From assembly GCF_006345805.1 (NCBI RefSeq), contig NC_043011.1, positions 38,824,464 through 38,888,463 of the forward strand: DNA of 64,000 nucleotides. The letters run 5' to 3'. Origin of the DNA: Octopus sinensis (Eukaryota). Numbering within the stretch: position 1 is the stretch's first letter; every line of letters begins with the position of its first letter. The translations under genes and the position numbers were made by a program. The notes under the pieces were generated by a model that saw nothing but the letters and a program-made list of their open reading frames with translations, was not told where the DNA came from and made no database searches. Below are positions 1 through 13,209 of the stretch, piece after piece.

Positions 1-552
1 CGTGAGCAACCTGGAATCCATCTGGCAGACACCTTTTGGCATATGCAAATGGTCATGAATGATAGTTTCCACAGACCCGGTACTAATCTTGACCTCATGG
101 GCTATTTGGGGCGGAATAATTATGCGTCTATCTTCCAAATGGCACCCTCACTTGACGGACAGATGCCATCATCAATGGCAGAAGGGGGCGACCAGACCTT
201 GTGAGCTGTTTCCACAGAGTTCCGACCATGTTTGAATTCACGATGCCAGCGTTTTACAAGGTCATATGATGGGGCATCATCACCATAAGTTTACTTTCAT
301 TTCATCAAAAGTCTCCCGTGGTGTGCGTCCTTTCAAATACAAAAACCGGATCACTGCTCGACACTCAACAGGCTCCATTTCACACTTGACTCGTTTCAAA
401 CCCCTGTAAATCAGAACTACAATTAATTCAGAGCTGTAATTTTCCACTTTCCACTTACTCTATAGAGATTAAAGGGTTGCACATGCAAAATTTCAGCTAG
501 ATCAAACAAATGCAAGTGGGTCAGAGGCATTACTTATTGAACGTCCCTCGTA
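1..552 (-). mobile_element. Mariner (Tc1/mariner) transposon, 5' part with frameshifted transposase N-terminus; continues off the window start
   Basis: Minus strand from ATG at 378 reads MEPVECRAVIRFLYLKGRTPRETFDEMK..YGDDAPSYDLVKRWHREFKHGRNSVE..SGRP..VKISTGSVETIIHDHLHMPKVSARWIP.LLT across frameshifts (mariner HTH plus WVPHEL-like linker). Terminus TA-CGAGGGACGTTCAATAAGTAA at ~530-552. Confidence 0.9.
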
Positions 553-795
553 GATACAGAGAGAGGGAGTGGGAGATAAAGAAAGAGAGAGAGAGACTCA
601 AAGAATACATATATATATATATATCTTTACATGGCTGTTTGTTGACACATTTTTTCGCTCTGTAAGGGTAATTTACCTAATGTTTCTGCTATTTTAACGG
701 CGTCTCTGCGTTCGAAAGTAAATTATGATCTTATAAATGCATTTCGTCGCTCATAAAAAAAAGCAAATGTTAGTTTTGTTAGCTTATTTATATCA

Positions 796-885
<90 letters not shown>

Positions 886-910
886 GTGTGTACATATGCC
901 TATACCTCTA

Positions 911-1440
911 TACGAGGTGATTCCAGAAGTTTTTAAGTTCTTCCAAAACCTAGCTTCTTAACTTCATAGAAGTACAACACTAATCCGACTTTTGTCACAG
1001 GTCACCAGTAACTCAGATACCGTTGGATTGTAGTAAATAAGCTCGACCATCTCCTTGCTGACGCCACCGCACACCCGGGGTCCAAATTTTGCAAACATTC
1101 TAATCTTCATGTACATCTGTCGAACCATCTCCAAATTGTATGCTTGTCGTCTTTCTGAACGACATAGAGCAAGAAACTTCGAATTTTCTCAACTATTATT
1201 CTGATATTCTGAAGTGCCTCTCCCTTCCACACTTATCATCGCCTCTCGCTTTCTCTCTATTGCCCTTGAACATCATGTGCCAGCGAAAACCAGATGATCG
1301 TTTCAGACAAGTTAATCCGAAAGCAGTCTGGAGTATTTCATGTTTCTGTAATATTTTAGCCCAGTTAATACAAAACTGTATTGAATAGCGAACTACCAAA
1401 TTGACTTCACAACCCCGATTACATTCTACAAACAAGAAGT
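911..1440 (-). mobile_element. Second, degraded mariner remnant (transposase N-terminal HTH)
   Basis: ORF 1196-1435(-) contains RYSIQFCIN..HEILQTAFGLTCLKRSSGFRWHMMFKGNRE..DDKCGR, typical of the mariner N-terminus. Possible TA-CGAGG terminus at 911. Confidence 0.7.
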
Positions 1441-1517
1441 GTTTAGTAAATTGTGTTCATGTGCTGCTATTCATTCAGTCTGGAATAAAATATTGGCAGG
1501 TCAGCTTGTTAGATGTA

Positions 1518-2052
1518 TTGGGTTGTCCAGAAAGTTCATGCCGATTTATAGTAGCTTACCTTTCGACTTATTTTAGAACATGGTTGAGTCCATAAAATAG
1601 GGTTTGACTACACCTCCATTTAGAGCACAGTTTATGTTCCTATAAGCTGTGTTAATTCTGTAACCCTTTAAAATGGAAGATAAGAAAGTTCCTCTTCGGC
1701 GCTTGATGCTTTGAGAACCAGACAAAAATTGTTGCAGCTCGGCTGGTATGTGTTACCCCACCCTCCATATTCACCAGATATTGCTCCTTCGGATTTTCAC
1801 TTATTCAGGTCTCTGCAGAATAGTCTTAATGGTAAAAATTTTAATTCCTTGGATGACGTAAAACGATACCTTGATGAATTCTTTGCCATGAAACTACCTC
1901 AATTCTGGGAAGAGGATATTTTCAAGTTAAAGGAAAGATGGAGACGCATTGTTCAACAAAATGGTTTATATTTGGTTGATTAAAAATGTAATGGCAACTA
2001 TTTATTGACCTTTTTCTTTCCTTTAAAAATCGGAACTTTCCGGAAAACCCAA
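1518..2052 (+). mobile_element. Internally deleted non-autonomous mariner with both TIRs and TA target duplication
   Basis: TA|TTGGGTTGTCCAGAAAGTTC...GAACTTTCCGGAAAACCCAA|TA. The start MEDKKVPLRRLML (ATG ~1673) is fused to the C-terminus LGWYVLPHPPYSPDIAPSDFHLFRSLQNSL..LKERWRRIVQQNGLYLVD (YSPDLAPSD motif). Confidence 0.95.
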
Positions 2053-2128
2053 TACATTAAAGGTACACTAAAATCACTATGATCTAGGAGTTTTAACAGC
2101 CTCTCCTAAAATGTCTCTAACTATCTAT

Positions 2129-2200
2129 ATGGCGTCGTGGTTAAGAGCGCGGGCTACTAACCCCAAGATTCCGAGTTCGATTCCAAGCAGTGACCTGAAC
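2129..2200 (+). mobile_element. Short tRNA-derived SINE head
   Basis: A box TGGCGTCGTGG and B box GAGTTCGATTCC; no proper acceptor stem; followed by an AAT-rich tail. Confidence 0.6.
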
Positions 2201-2790
2201 ATATTATAATAGAAGAAATAATAATAATATGAGAAAATGAACTAACAGGTTCTGTGCCGTGTTACTAATAACTCAATGGTCATAATATGTAGAATCATTT
2301 TACATTGAAAATATTAGCTCTTAAATAATTTGTCGAAAACTATTACATAAATTGAAGATAGATTAGTGCTCCAGAATGGTCAGAATAAGAATGGGTTAAA
2401 TCATCTTAAGAAGACTTTAGAATTAATAGTTTGAAGAAGAATTCTTAATATTGATTTGTGTGTGTGTGTGTGTGTGTGTGTGTGGAGAGAGAGAGAGAGA
2501 GAGAGAGCGTGTGCTAATATGTGTTTCCAAGCGTAGACACATTTAAACTCTGAAGTCTGAAATTGTCGACTATGTCTATTCTTCTATATAATAGGTGTAT
2601 ATCATAAGTATTTCTAATAATCATAATGATAATAATAATAATAATAATAATATAATAGTAATAGTAATATATAATAATAATAATATAATAATATAGTAGT
2701 ATATATAATAATGATAAAAATAATAATAACAATAATAATATGATAATGATAATAATATAATAATATAATAATAATAATAATAAAATAATA

Positions 2791-2831
<41 letters not shown>

Positions 2832-3265
2832 TGTCAATTTAAAACATCTTTAGAATCTCTCAACAGAAAGTTTCGCTTGTTGAGTGAAGCAAGAAATATA
2901 TTTAACTGTCAAATATTTCTACGTTTCACTTACCTCATAACATTGTAGTTCTGACTACTGACATCCAATTAAAATCTAACCACACACATATATAAATACA
3001 CATATATATATATATGTAAATATATGTATACATATATATATATATCTGTGTGCATATGTCTGTATACTTGTGAGTGTGTGTGTGTGTTGTGTGTGTGTGG
3101 TGTGTGTGCGTGCGTGCGTGTACAGTGAAATATGGAATAAAAATCAGCTTGTGAAAACATACACTAATATTTTTCCAGTAAAACTTTTATATGAATACAT
3201 TTGTTATGTGAAAACATAATTTCATCTCTTTATTGTCACGTATATATATATATAAAATAGAAATA

Positions 3266-3560
3266 GTTTGTTCCTTCTTGAGCCATGCCTGGCTCATAAG
3301 GGCCGGCTTCCCGGTTTCCTTGGCGTATAGGTTCCCCCACCTGGACGATACGCCGGTCCGTCGCAGGTGAGCAGCAAGATGCGGGAGGAAAGATTGAGAG
3401 AAAGTTGTGGCGAAAGAGTCAGCAGAAGTTCGCCATTACCTTCTACCGGAGCCGTGTGGAGCTTAGGTGTTTCGCTCATAAACACACTCATCGCCCGTTC
3501 TGAGATTCGAACCCGCGACCGCGAGTCCGCTGCTCTAACCACTAGGCCATGTGCCTCCAC
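3266..3560 (-). mobile_element. tRNA-derived SINE, head family C, 3' body shared with the copy at 4484
   Basis: Head GTGGAGGCACATGGCCTAGTGGTTAG..GGTTCGAATCTC; 3' module CTGCGACGGACCGGCG..GTCCAG..GAAACCGGGAA; same head as at 33151, 33567 and 40051. Confidence 0.85.
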
Positions 3561-3786
3561 AATAGAAATAGTAACCCCCTATTTTATATGCCGTTTTATA
3601 AAACAGCTAGATATAGGGAGGCCTCATCTCCTAGAATTCCCTTTTAAAATGTAGTCTTAGAACTATACACGCAGCATATGACTATATTTGATCTTTAATC
3701 CAGAGGCAGCGTTCAATACCCCTGTAACTGTTGTGACGTCGTCCTTGTTGCCATTTTTTTTCTTACCGAAACAATGTTTTAATATA

Positions 3787-3890
3787 CAGTAATGCCTCAA
3801 CATACGAGTTAACTTGTTCCCGAAGATCGCTTGTAAAGCCAAAACTCGTAAAGCACAACAATAATTCCCTATAGTAGCAATAAAATTTTA
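3787..3890 (+). mobile_element. pogo/Tigger-like DNA transposon terminus
   Basis: TA-CAGTAATGCCTCAACATACGAGT resembles Tigger-type TIRs; no partner end was found. Confidence 0.45.
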
Positions 3891-3987
3891 TTCCGTCATT
3901 TTACTCCGTTGCTGTGTAGACGCGTGTCGCCACATGTTGCGACGTTGCGACACACACAAATGGACTGTTTAGCCTGTTTATATTTAT

Positions 3988-4160
3988 TATACTCTTTTAC
4001 TCTTTTACTTGTTCCAGTCATTTGACTGGGGCCATGCTGGAGCACCGCCTTTAGTCGAGCAAATCGACCCCAGGACTTATTCTTTGTAAGCCTAGTACTT
4101 ATTCTATCGGTCTCCTTTGCCGAACCGCTGAGTTATGGGGACGTAAACACACCAGCATTC
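3988..4160 (-). mobile_element. SINE family A, 3' part
   Basis: Matches the 3' half of the full copy at 29765-30171 (GGCGGTGCTCCAGCATGGCC.CAGTCAAATGACTG, AAGAGT tail). Confidence 0.9.
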
Positions 4161-4269
4161 GTTTTCATTACTCATGTAAAGTTTTATTGTATCATTCGTT
4201 TATGTGTGACCCCGATCATGCTGTATTGTCCCCTCTATGTTGGCCCTTAATGGGTAATTAAAAAAAACA

Positions 4270-4431
4270 GATTCCAAAATCTAATCAGTTCGTGCCGGTC
4301 ACAAAGCCAAACATCCCAAAAGTTTCATCCGAATCCATCCAGTGGTTCTTGAGTTATCTTGTCCACGGTCAAACAAACAAACAACAAACACGACTGAAAA
4401 CTATACCTCCGCTTTAGCGAAGGCGGAGCAA
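4270..4431 (+). mobile_element. Helentron/HINE-like 3' end
   Basis: (CAAA)n followed by GAAAACTATA and a terminal hairpin CTCCGCTTTAGCGAAGGCGGAG, the usual layout of Helentron-associated non-autonomous elements. Confidence 0.6.
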
Positions 4432-4483
4432 ATAAGGATTGGGAATTGCAACATTATTTCATTTTGTCTGCTATAGATAAAAT

Positions 4484-4750
4484 AGTGGAGGCGCGTGGCT
4501 TAGTGGTTGGGGTGTCAGCATCATGATCGTAAGATTGTGGTTTCGATTCCTGGACCGGGCGACGCGTTGTGTTCTTGGGCAAAAGACTTCATTTCATGTT
4601 GCTCCAGTCCACTCAGCTGGCAAAAATGAATAACGCTGCGATGGACTGGCGTCCCGTCCAGCTGGGGAACACATACGCCATAGAAACCGGGAAACCGGGT
4701 CCATGAGCCTGACAAGGCTTTGAAAGGGCGCATTTATTTATTTTATTTTA
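4484..4750 (+). mobile_element. tRNA-derived SINE, head family D, inserted in the hAT transposase
   Basis: GGCGCGTGGCTTAGTGGTT..GTTTCGATTCC head, (TTTA)n tail, flanked by the TATAGATA duplication. Confidence 0.88.
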
Positions 4751-5237
4751 TTATAGATAGAATGATCTGCTTGCTTTGTAATACTGAAACATCAACACTG
4801 AAAAAATTCAATGCCCATTAGCATTACGCTACTCATAAAGACCAGAAATATTTCAAATTAGAGGGAGGGGTAAGAAAGATTGCATTGCAGAAATTAAAAG
4901 ATGTAAATCAAAAGCAACGTTAAATTATTTCAGGTCGTTGTTAGACCCGGAAGGAATGCGACTGAAGCAGCTTATAAAGGAAAAAAGGGAAGCCATTCAG
5001 TGATGTGGAAATCGTAAAAGAATACGTTGTTGAAGTTGTGTGATGCTTACACCCCCGATAAGGTATTAAAGTACAAACAACTGCTTCTTTCAAGGAGAAT
5101 CATATCTGATCGGCAGCATGAATCAGCCCTCAACATAACAAAGCAAATTCACGCAAAACTCCAAAAGGAAAACATATTCAATCGCTGTGGTTGAATCACT
5201 TGAGGCTTCTGACTCAGCGCAGGTATTATACTTCGTT

Positions 5238-6021
5238 AAGGCCGAATCGTTAGCACGCCGAGCGAAATGCTTTGCGGTATTTCGTCTGCCGTTACGTTCT
5301 GAGTTCAAATTCCGCCGAGGTCGACTTTGCCTTTCATCCTTTCGTGGTTGATAAATTAAGTACCATTTACGAACTGGAGTCTATGTAATCGACTTAATCC
5401 GTTTGTCTGTCCTTGTTTGTTCCCTCTATGTTTAGTCCCTTGTGGCTAGTAAAGAAATAAGTATTTCGTCTGCCGTTACGTTCTGAGTTCAAATTCCGCC
5501 GAGGTCAACTTTGCCTTTCATCCTTTCGGGGTCGATAAATCAAGTACCAGTTACGAACTGGAGTCTATGTAATCGACTTAATCCGTTTGTCTGTCCTTGT
5601 TTGTTCCCTCTATGTTTAGCCCCTTGTGGCTAGTAAAGAAATAGGTATTTCGTCTGCCGTTACGTTCTGAGTTCAAATTCCGCCGAGGTCAACTTTGCCT
5701 TTCATCCTTTCAGGGTCGATAAATTAAGTACCAGTTACGCACTGGTGTCGATATAATCGACTTAATCCGTCGTTTGTTTGTCCTTGTTTGTCCTCTCTGT
5801 GTTTAGCCCCTTGTGGCTAGTAAAGAAATAGGTATTTCGTCTGCCGTTACGTTCTGAGTTCAAATTCCGCCGAGGTCAACTTTGCCTTTCATCCTTTCGG
5901 GGTCGATAAATTAAGTACCAGTTACGCACTGGTGTCGATATAATCGACTTAATCCGTCGTTTGTTTGTTTGTCCTTGTTTGTCCTCTCTGTGTTTTGCTC
6001 CTTTTGGGTAGTAAAGAAATA
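5238..6021 (+). repeat. Tandem array of SINE family B (Nin-domain-like): one head plus four ~184-191 bp units
   Basis: Units start at 5276, 5460, 5644 and 5831. Core GTCGACTTTGCCTTTCATCCTTTCGGGGTCGATAAATTAAGTACCAG. Imperfect 16-bp TSD at 5222-5237 / 6022-6037. Confidence 0.93.
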
Positions 6022-7449
6022 GCTATTTTACTTAGTTCGGGCCCCATAACAGAACATTTTATTTGCTACGAAATGTTACTGGCATTGGTCACTCTTACGG
6101 GTAAAACACTTTCAAGATAAATATCGTAAAGTTGGACAGAATTTGGTTAAATTAGTGAATGTATGTACAGGTGGTGCACCATCCATGGCAGGAAAACATG
6201 AAGGGCTTATTGTATAGATAGAAAGAGTATTATCAAATCCAGACACTCTCATTTCTCTCCATTGTATTTTACATCGGCAAAATCCCTGTGCTAGATCCAT
6301 TGTTTTAAGTGACACTTTGCAACAAGTAATGAAGATTGTTTACTATATGGGAAAATGCAACACGGCATCGTCAGTTTCGTAACATGCTAAAGCTGGACGA
6401 TGAGGTATTCAGTGTGAACTTTCTGTATCATTCTAAAAGTGCGTTGGCTATCGAAAGGACAGGTGTTAGCAAAATTTTATCTTTAGGAGAACAGATAATT
6501 AAATTTTATGACGAACAGAATCAGCAATATGAATTATTAAAAGAACGTTTCTATAGAAATGATGAATTTCAGTGTAATATCATATGAAGGAAAAATGACT
6601 GGAATATTTCTTTGCATATATAATATGTGGCAAAATTCCAAGCATTTCGAAAACCTCACTATTTTGAAAACTCTTCTTCGAAAAGAAATTTTGGATGAAT
6701 ATTTAGCAATTGTTAGCAAAGGTCATTGATGAACAGGAGCATTCGTGCAAATCATTTGGAAAATACGCAGCTGTTATAGACTTATTAACTGGAGAATACA
6801 ATGAAAGATTCACTGACTTTGAGAATTATAACATCACAATAAAGCTAGCATTTCAACTTCACCTAGTTGATGTCTCCAAGGCTCATAAAGAGCTACAGGT
6901 GGAATTGAGTCCTCAGAAGATGACATTTTAAAATCGTTATTTGAGGTTAAGAAAGATATGATTAAAATATGGCAAAATGCAATAAAATACGCAAGCCTTC
7001 GGCAACATGCACAGAGAATACTTCCCGCTTTTCAACCACTTATTGCTGCGAATCTACATTCTCCTACCTAACCAAATCAAGACGCCCTTAAGACCACAAA
7101 TGACGGACACCCATCAAGAGGATCGATCAAAACTGCAGGCCTCCATGCCAAATCAAATATTCAAATGATTTCCTACAAAAATCAGTCACAAGAAAGTCAT
7201 TAAAAGTTAGTTCATCTTAGAGTTAACAATTATTTTTTTCCTTTTTGAAGTTATTTAGTACACAATAGCTTGATTTTTACAAAATGAGGTAGATTTTGAA
7301 GTATATATAATTGAAATTCCTTGAATAGTGCCTTAAATTACAACTATATGCGACCTTCCAGTGCGAAAAGGTTCCCTTCCGTTGACCTATTCTTTTAAAT
7401 TATTACGGTGCAAAGGACCGTTCCTGCTAGAGACAGACGTTGAGTACCA

Positions 7450-7841
7450 CTTATATGTATAGATATTTTTATATATGTGTATATAATATACGTATATATA
7501 TATATATAATATATATAATATATATATATATATACATAATATATATATATGTGATATATATATGTGTGTGTGTGTGTGTATGTGTGTGTGTTTTGTTGTA
7601 TATATATATATATGAATATATATATATGCAGCTGAGAGGATGTAAACTCTGTTTGGATTCTTTCTCCTTTTCTTCTCTTTTTCTCTCCCCCCTGGCGAAG
7701 GATTGAATCCGAACGTTCGATATTCCTCCTCATGGCAAGTTCACTGTATCACATTTCCATTTTTTCTATATTTTTAAAGTCTTGATGACGCAGTGCTACT
7801 AGATTATTGCCTGATGTTAAATATATATATGATATTATTAT

Positions 7842-7880
<39 letters not shown>

Positions 7881-8157
7881 ATGAATATATATATATATAT
7901 ATTTATATATATGTGTATATGTATATATATACATACATATATATATGTATGTATATATGTGCATATATATGCATACATATATGTATATATATTTATATAA
8001 TATATATTTATATATATGTGTATATATATTATATATAATATACATACAATATATATGTCATATGTGCATATATATGCATGCATATATGTATATATATTTA
8101 TATATATTTTATATAATATTTATATATATAATACATATATTTATAAATATATGTATT

Positions 8158-8189
<32 letters not shown>

Positions 8190-8460
8190 TATAATATATA
8201 TATATATAATATATGTATGTATGTACGTATACATGTATATATATGTTTATAAATACATGTATATGTATATATATATACATCCATATATATATACGTATAT
8301 ATATGCATATATATGCACACATACAAACATACAAACACATATATAAGCGAACACATTTAAACACACGCACACAGGTGCGTAAACACATATATACACACAC
8401 ACACACTCACACTCACACACACACACAGACACACACACGCACACACAACAGAAAGCATTT
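7450..8460. repeat. Compound (TA)n/(CA)n microsatellite, representative of many such tracts in the window
   Basis: Direct reading. Similar tracts at ~19620-20410, 35960-36620, 43990-44290, 51050-51300, 55730-56030 and 61800-62600. Confidence 0.95.
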
Positions 8461-8634
8461 ACACACCTTTACCTATGTGTGATTACGACAAGACTGATAT
8501 TTAAGCTAGAGACAACAACTGAACTACAGAAAATAACCTTCATTCCAACAATTGTCACACGAAATCTTAAATTTGCACACACAAACACACACATATAACT
8601 ATATATATATATATATAATCTGCTTCGACAGTGT

Positions 8635-8734
8635 NNNNNNNNNNNNNNNNNNNNNNNNNNNNNNNNNNNNNNNNNNNNNNNNNNNNNNNNNNNNNNNNNN
8701 NNNNNNNNNNNNNNNNNNNNNNNNNNNNNNNNNN
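8635..8734. other. Assembly gap (100 N)
   Basis: Run of n. Confidence 1.
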
Positions 8735-9229
8735 CATTCTCAAATTAGAATAAGGATTGATATTATTTTCCGTATCATAAATCTAATTTAGAAGCATCAT
8801 ATCGGAAAAGAACATTATTGTTTATTTTTTACCTCTTAGTCAGTGAGGGGAAAAAAATGAAGACGAGTGGCCCTGTCGTTATGATGTTGCTATGACGATC
8901 GCAATAGTGCGGCACCGCCTCATAATATCCCACCGTGACATGATGCGGCACCATAACGTAAAGTGTCACTGGGCCCAGCTTTGGAGTTTTCAGAAAAACT
9001 CGTCTCGCTTACTTTATCGAAACACCCTGGAACTTCCTCTTTTTAGGTACAGAAACTGTGAGGATACAGAGAAACTAGAAAGAGCGAGTGACCTGCAGCA
9101 ACATCAATAACACAGAAAGCAAGCTAAGAGGAAGTTTCCCCACAACTTTATCCAATGACGAGGATGGGGATCAGGCAGAGGGTCGAGTAGGAACAACTTT
9201 AACGCAAAATGTAAACAGGAAAAATTAAA

Positions 9230-9390
9230 AACCCAAAGAATCCCTCTCAACGCATGTCTATGATGCTCCCCCACTACTTCTGCTCGTGATCAGAGATGTG
9301 CATATCGTCAGCTACCAAGGAACATGCTCAACTGGCTCAGGTCAAACAAATGACAAGCAAATCTGTGCTATTGAGCAGAATATTTCTATA
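9230..9390 (-). mobile_element. Fragment of the unclassified repeat at 13624-14063
   Basis: Reverse complement of 13635-13790 (GATATGTGCATCTCTGATCAC..GCAGAAGTAGTGGGGGAGCATCATAG). Confidence 0.8.
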
Positions 9391-9438
9391 GCCCATTTTT
9401 TATACCAAGACAAAGCAATGTACATAACACTACCATTT

Positions 9439-9501
<63 letters not shown>

Positions 9502-9509
9502 TCTTCAGT

Positions 9510-9562
9510 TTTGTTTCTATTTCTTGTCGAGTTTCTGATAGGGCAACAATATTATTATTATT

Positions 9563-9599
<37 letters not shown>

Positions 9600-9680
9600 A
9601 TTTTGTTTCCATATATTGTCGAGTGTCTTCCCGACACTAAGGCAATATTATTATTGTTATTATTGTTGTTATTATTGTTG

Positions 9681-9717
<37 letters not shown>

Positions 9718-9998
9718 TTTTTTTCTTCTTCTTTTCTTTCAATTTTCTTCCATTTCTTGCCGAGTGTCTTCCCGACTCCTAGGGCAAAGAAACTCATAGT
9801 ATAAACATTGTAGGGCCATTAAACCAAACTCAATATTTCGTTTCATTTTTTTTTTGCTTTTTTAATTTTTTTTTAATGTTAAATTAAAATACATGAGCAG
9901 CAACAGTTCTCACATCGACAATGATCTTCTCAATTATTATTATTATTATTATCATTATTATTATTATTAATATTATTATTATTATTATCATCATCATT

Positions 9999-10033
<35 letters not shown>

Positions 10034-10460
10034 TATTATTATTATTATTCATTAACTTATCCATTTTCATTTTCAAAGAAATGCTGCCCACTTCCCTGGT
10101 AAATTTCTTAAAAGAAGACCGGCTGACATAACTAAAGTGCACTCGTCAACTATGAATATCTGTATGTAAACCAGACATTAACAGCTAAGAGAGGATATTC
10201 GCCTTTAGTACTCAGGCTGTTCCAACATCCGTGACTGGTTTCTTTAATAAAACCAGGTCAGTTACTCTTCTTGTTTAGGATATTTCGTTGTAGGTGTTTT
10301 TCCTTGGGTTCTCTTGTTTTGATTTGTTTTGCGTTGTTCTTTTCTCAGAAGATGAATTTCGTTAATTTTTACACGATTTTATGTAAATCCATTTGTGTTT
10401 GCCCTTTGTCGTTGAACCATTGCGGTTCTTAAAGAAATTACCCCCAACGACTGCAACTAC

Positions 10461-10513
<53 letters not shown>

Positions 10514-10644
10514 TGGCACACTGCTTAGGTTAAGTGTTTGGAAATGCTTCATTTTTTGTATAATAATTATTACTTTTATTATTACAATTATTATTATGAT
10601 TATTATTACAATTATTATTATTATTACAATTATTATTATTATTA

Positions 10645-10702
<58 letters not shown>

Positions 10703-10830
10703 TACTTTTAATCTAGATATTTGTTACAATCACTTGCCGGAACACACCGAACCTCCTAGGGCGAGTGAAGGAAAAGAGATGTTACAGTATGACTGAGTGT
10801 TTTGAAAGCGGAAGTGGCTATTATTATTGT
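9510..10830 (-). mobile_element. Cluster of very short retrotransposon 3' tails (R4/Dong-like) within trinucleotide repeats
   Basis: Four related snippets at ~9520, 9610, 9750 and 10715 read GCCCTAGGAG..CGG..CGGCAAG on the minus strand, each running into (TAA)/(TGA)/(TAC) repeats. Confidence 0.5.
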
Positions 10831-10929
10831 TATTACTATTATTATTATTATTATCATCATCATCATCATTATCATTTATATTATTATTACTATTATTATT
10901 ATTATTTTTTCATTATTATTATTATTTTT

Positions 10930-10963
<34 letters not shown>

Positions 10964-11022
10964 CATTTATATTATTGTTATCATTCATATCATTATTACT
11001 ATTATTATTATTATTATTAATA

Positions 11023-11064
<42 letters not shown>

Positions 11065-11536
11065 CATTTATATTATTATTATTATTATAATTATTATTAT
11101 CATTTATATTATTATTTTTATTTTTCTTATTATTATTATCATTATTATTATTATCATTATTATTATTATCATTATTATTATTATTATTATGATTATTATT
11201 ATTATTATTATTATTATTTTATTATTATTAGCAATGCATTCGTAGAAGTAACATTTGTTAATTAACATCTCCAGGCTCTCCCTTTAATTGCAGCCAAACC
11301 TAATGGAGTTAAAAGCACAAATCTTGCACTTATTTATATATTCGTTTATTTCTTTATTTATTTTGTTTCTTTTTATTATATTTTTTTACAATAGGTTTTT
11401 TCGCAGTACGAACATGACAGGTATCAGTAGCAGCAGCAGGAGCAGCAGTATCATCATCACCATCATCATCATCGTTATCATTTTTATATATTGAAAGTAA
11501 GAAATTCCATGCGAATAAACATCAACGCTTATGATC

Positions 11537-11592
<56 letters not shown>

Positions 11593-11666
11593 GATTATTA
11601 TTATTATTATTATTATCATTATTATTATTATTATTATTATCATTATTATCATCATTATTATTATCA

Positions 11667-11710
<44 letters not shown>

Positions 11711-12580
11711 TTATTATAGAAAAGGTAACGAGGTGGGGGTCATGATGGTGATAGTGATGCTATGTTGGTGATCTAGAATAGTTGTGTAGTTGTGGTGGTG
11801 ATGGTGGTGGTAGCGGTGGCGGTCGTGGTGTTTGGTTGTGATGATGTTAGTGGTACTTACGGTAGTGACGATGGTGGAGGTGGTGGTGGTGGTGGTGGTG
11901 GTGGTGGTGGTGGTGTTGATGCTGGTAATATTAGTGGAGACGGTGGTGGTGGTTGTCGTCATCGTGGTCGTGGTCGTGGTCGTGGTCGCGGTTGCGATAG
12001 TGATGGCAGAAGAGAAATATACGTGTTGATATTCCATATGAAAACAGAAAATCGATATATAAATGATGGAAGAAAGAAAGAAAGAAAGAAAGAAGAAAGA
12101 AAGAAAGAAAGACAGAAAGAAAAAAGAAAGAAAGAAAGAAAGAAGGAAGGAAGGAAAGATCTAGAATGAAAATTATTACTACATATTATGGGTTTAGCTC
12201 TTTCCTATCTATCATACGCTAGTATCAAATAATAATACCTTTTATAGAAATTGATGTTAAACAAGAACAAAAGAGGCTAAGAAATATATAAGATTTCTTT
12301 TTAGTAAGCTACACGATTATATGAAAAAAACGTAATTGTTTAGTTTGATACACCCCACCCCGCCTTACTCTATATCTTAGGATTGGTTTTGTTTTGTTTT
12401 TACTGCTTTTTGTTTTGTTTTTGCTGCTTTTTGTTTTGTTCTTTTACTTTGATAAAGAAGAAATATTGAACGCTTCCGTTCATATCTGCTTTCATTAATT
12501 TAATATTGAAAACTTCCTCTGTCTTTTATTAACATATTGTTACGTCTCCACGTATGTATGTATATTTATGCATGTGTGTG

Positions 12581-12612
<32 letters not shown>

Positions 12613-13209
12613 GTGTATGTCGGTGTGTGTGTGTGCGTGTATGTGTGTGCGTGTGTGTGTGTGTGTGTTACGTGCGTGTGTCTGTGTGTACGGTGTGCGT
12701 GTGTGTGTGTGTACGTGTGTGTGTGTGTGTTTGTGTGTGCGTGTGTGTGTGTATGTGTGCATGTGTGTGTGTGTGTGTGTGCGTGTGTGTGTGTGTGTGT
12801 ACGTGTGTGTGTGTGTGTATGTGTGTTTCATTAAGTTCTATAGCCAAAATATCTGTGTATATGATGTGTTTCATCTGTTCACATGGTACAAACGAAATAG
12901 CAATAAAGAAGTTCAATAAAATCAACAACAGCAACAGGAAGAAGAAGAACAAATACTAATAACAATAGTAAAATACTAGCAACGGTTTCGTGTTTTGGCA
13001 CAAGGCCAGCGAATTTATGTGAGAGAGTTAGTCGATTACATTGACTCCAGTGCGCAAATGGTACTTTCTTTCATCGACACCGAAAGAATGAAACGTAAAG
13101 TCGACTCTTCGGCGGTATTGGAACTCAGGACGAAATGAACGGGAAGAAATGCTGCCCTAGCATCTTAATCAATGGGCTAACGATTATGCCAGCTCACCAG
13201 GGTAAAAAT

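Larger units (their letters stand above)
4432..7384 (+). pseudogene. Decayed hAT (Buster/SPIN, GTF2IRD2-like) transposase and 3' terminus, interrupted by two SINE insertions
   Basis: Frameshifted motifs in order: KDWELQHYF..MICLLC..H.HYATH (zf-BED), KPFSDVEIVKE, LSRRIISDR, SDSAQVLYFV, VCTGGAPSMAGKHEGL, LHCILHRQ, RHRQFR, RWLSKGQVL, FSTTYCCESTFS, QSQESH*. Terminus CGAAAAGGTTCCCTTCCGTTG at ~7363-7384. Confidence 0.9.

Noticed and set aside
2129-2200. Functional tRNA gene (also considered for the other A/B-box heads)
   Set aside because: No complete cloverleaf; the heads continue into SINE bodies or simple-repeat tails.
5276-6021. CRISPR-like or hammerhead-retrozyme reading of the 184-bp arrays
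   Set aside because: The units are contiguous with no unique spacers, no CUGANGA/GAAA core was found on either strand, and the unit is part of a dispersed SINE.
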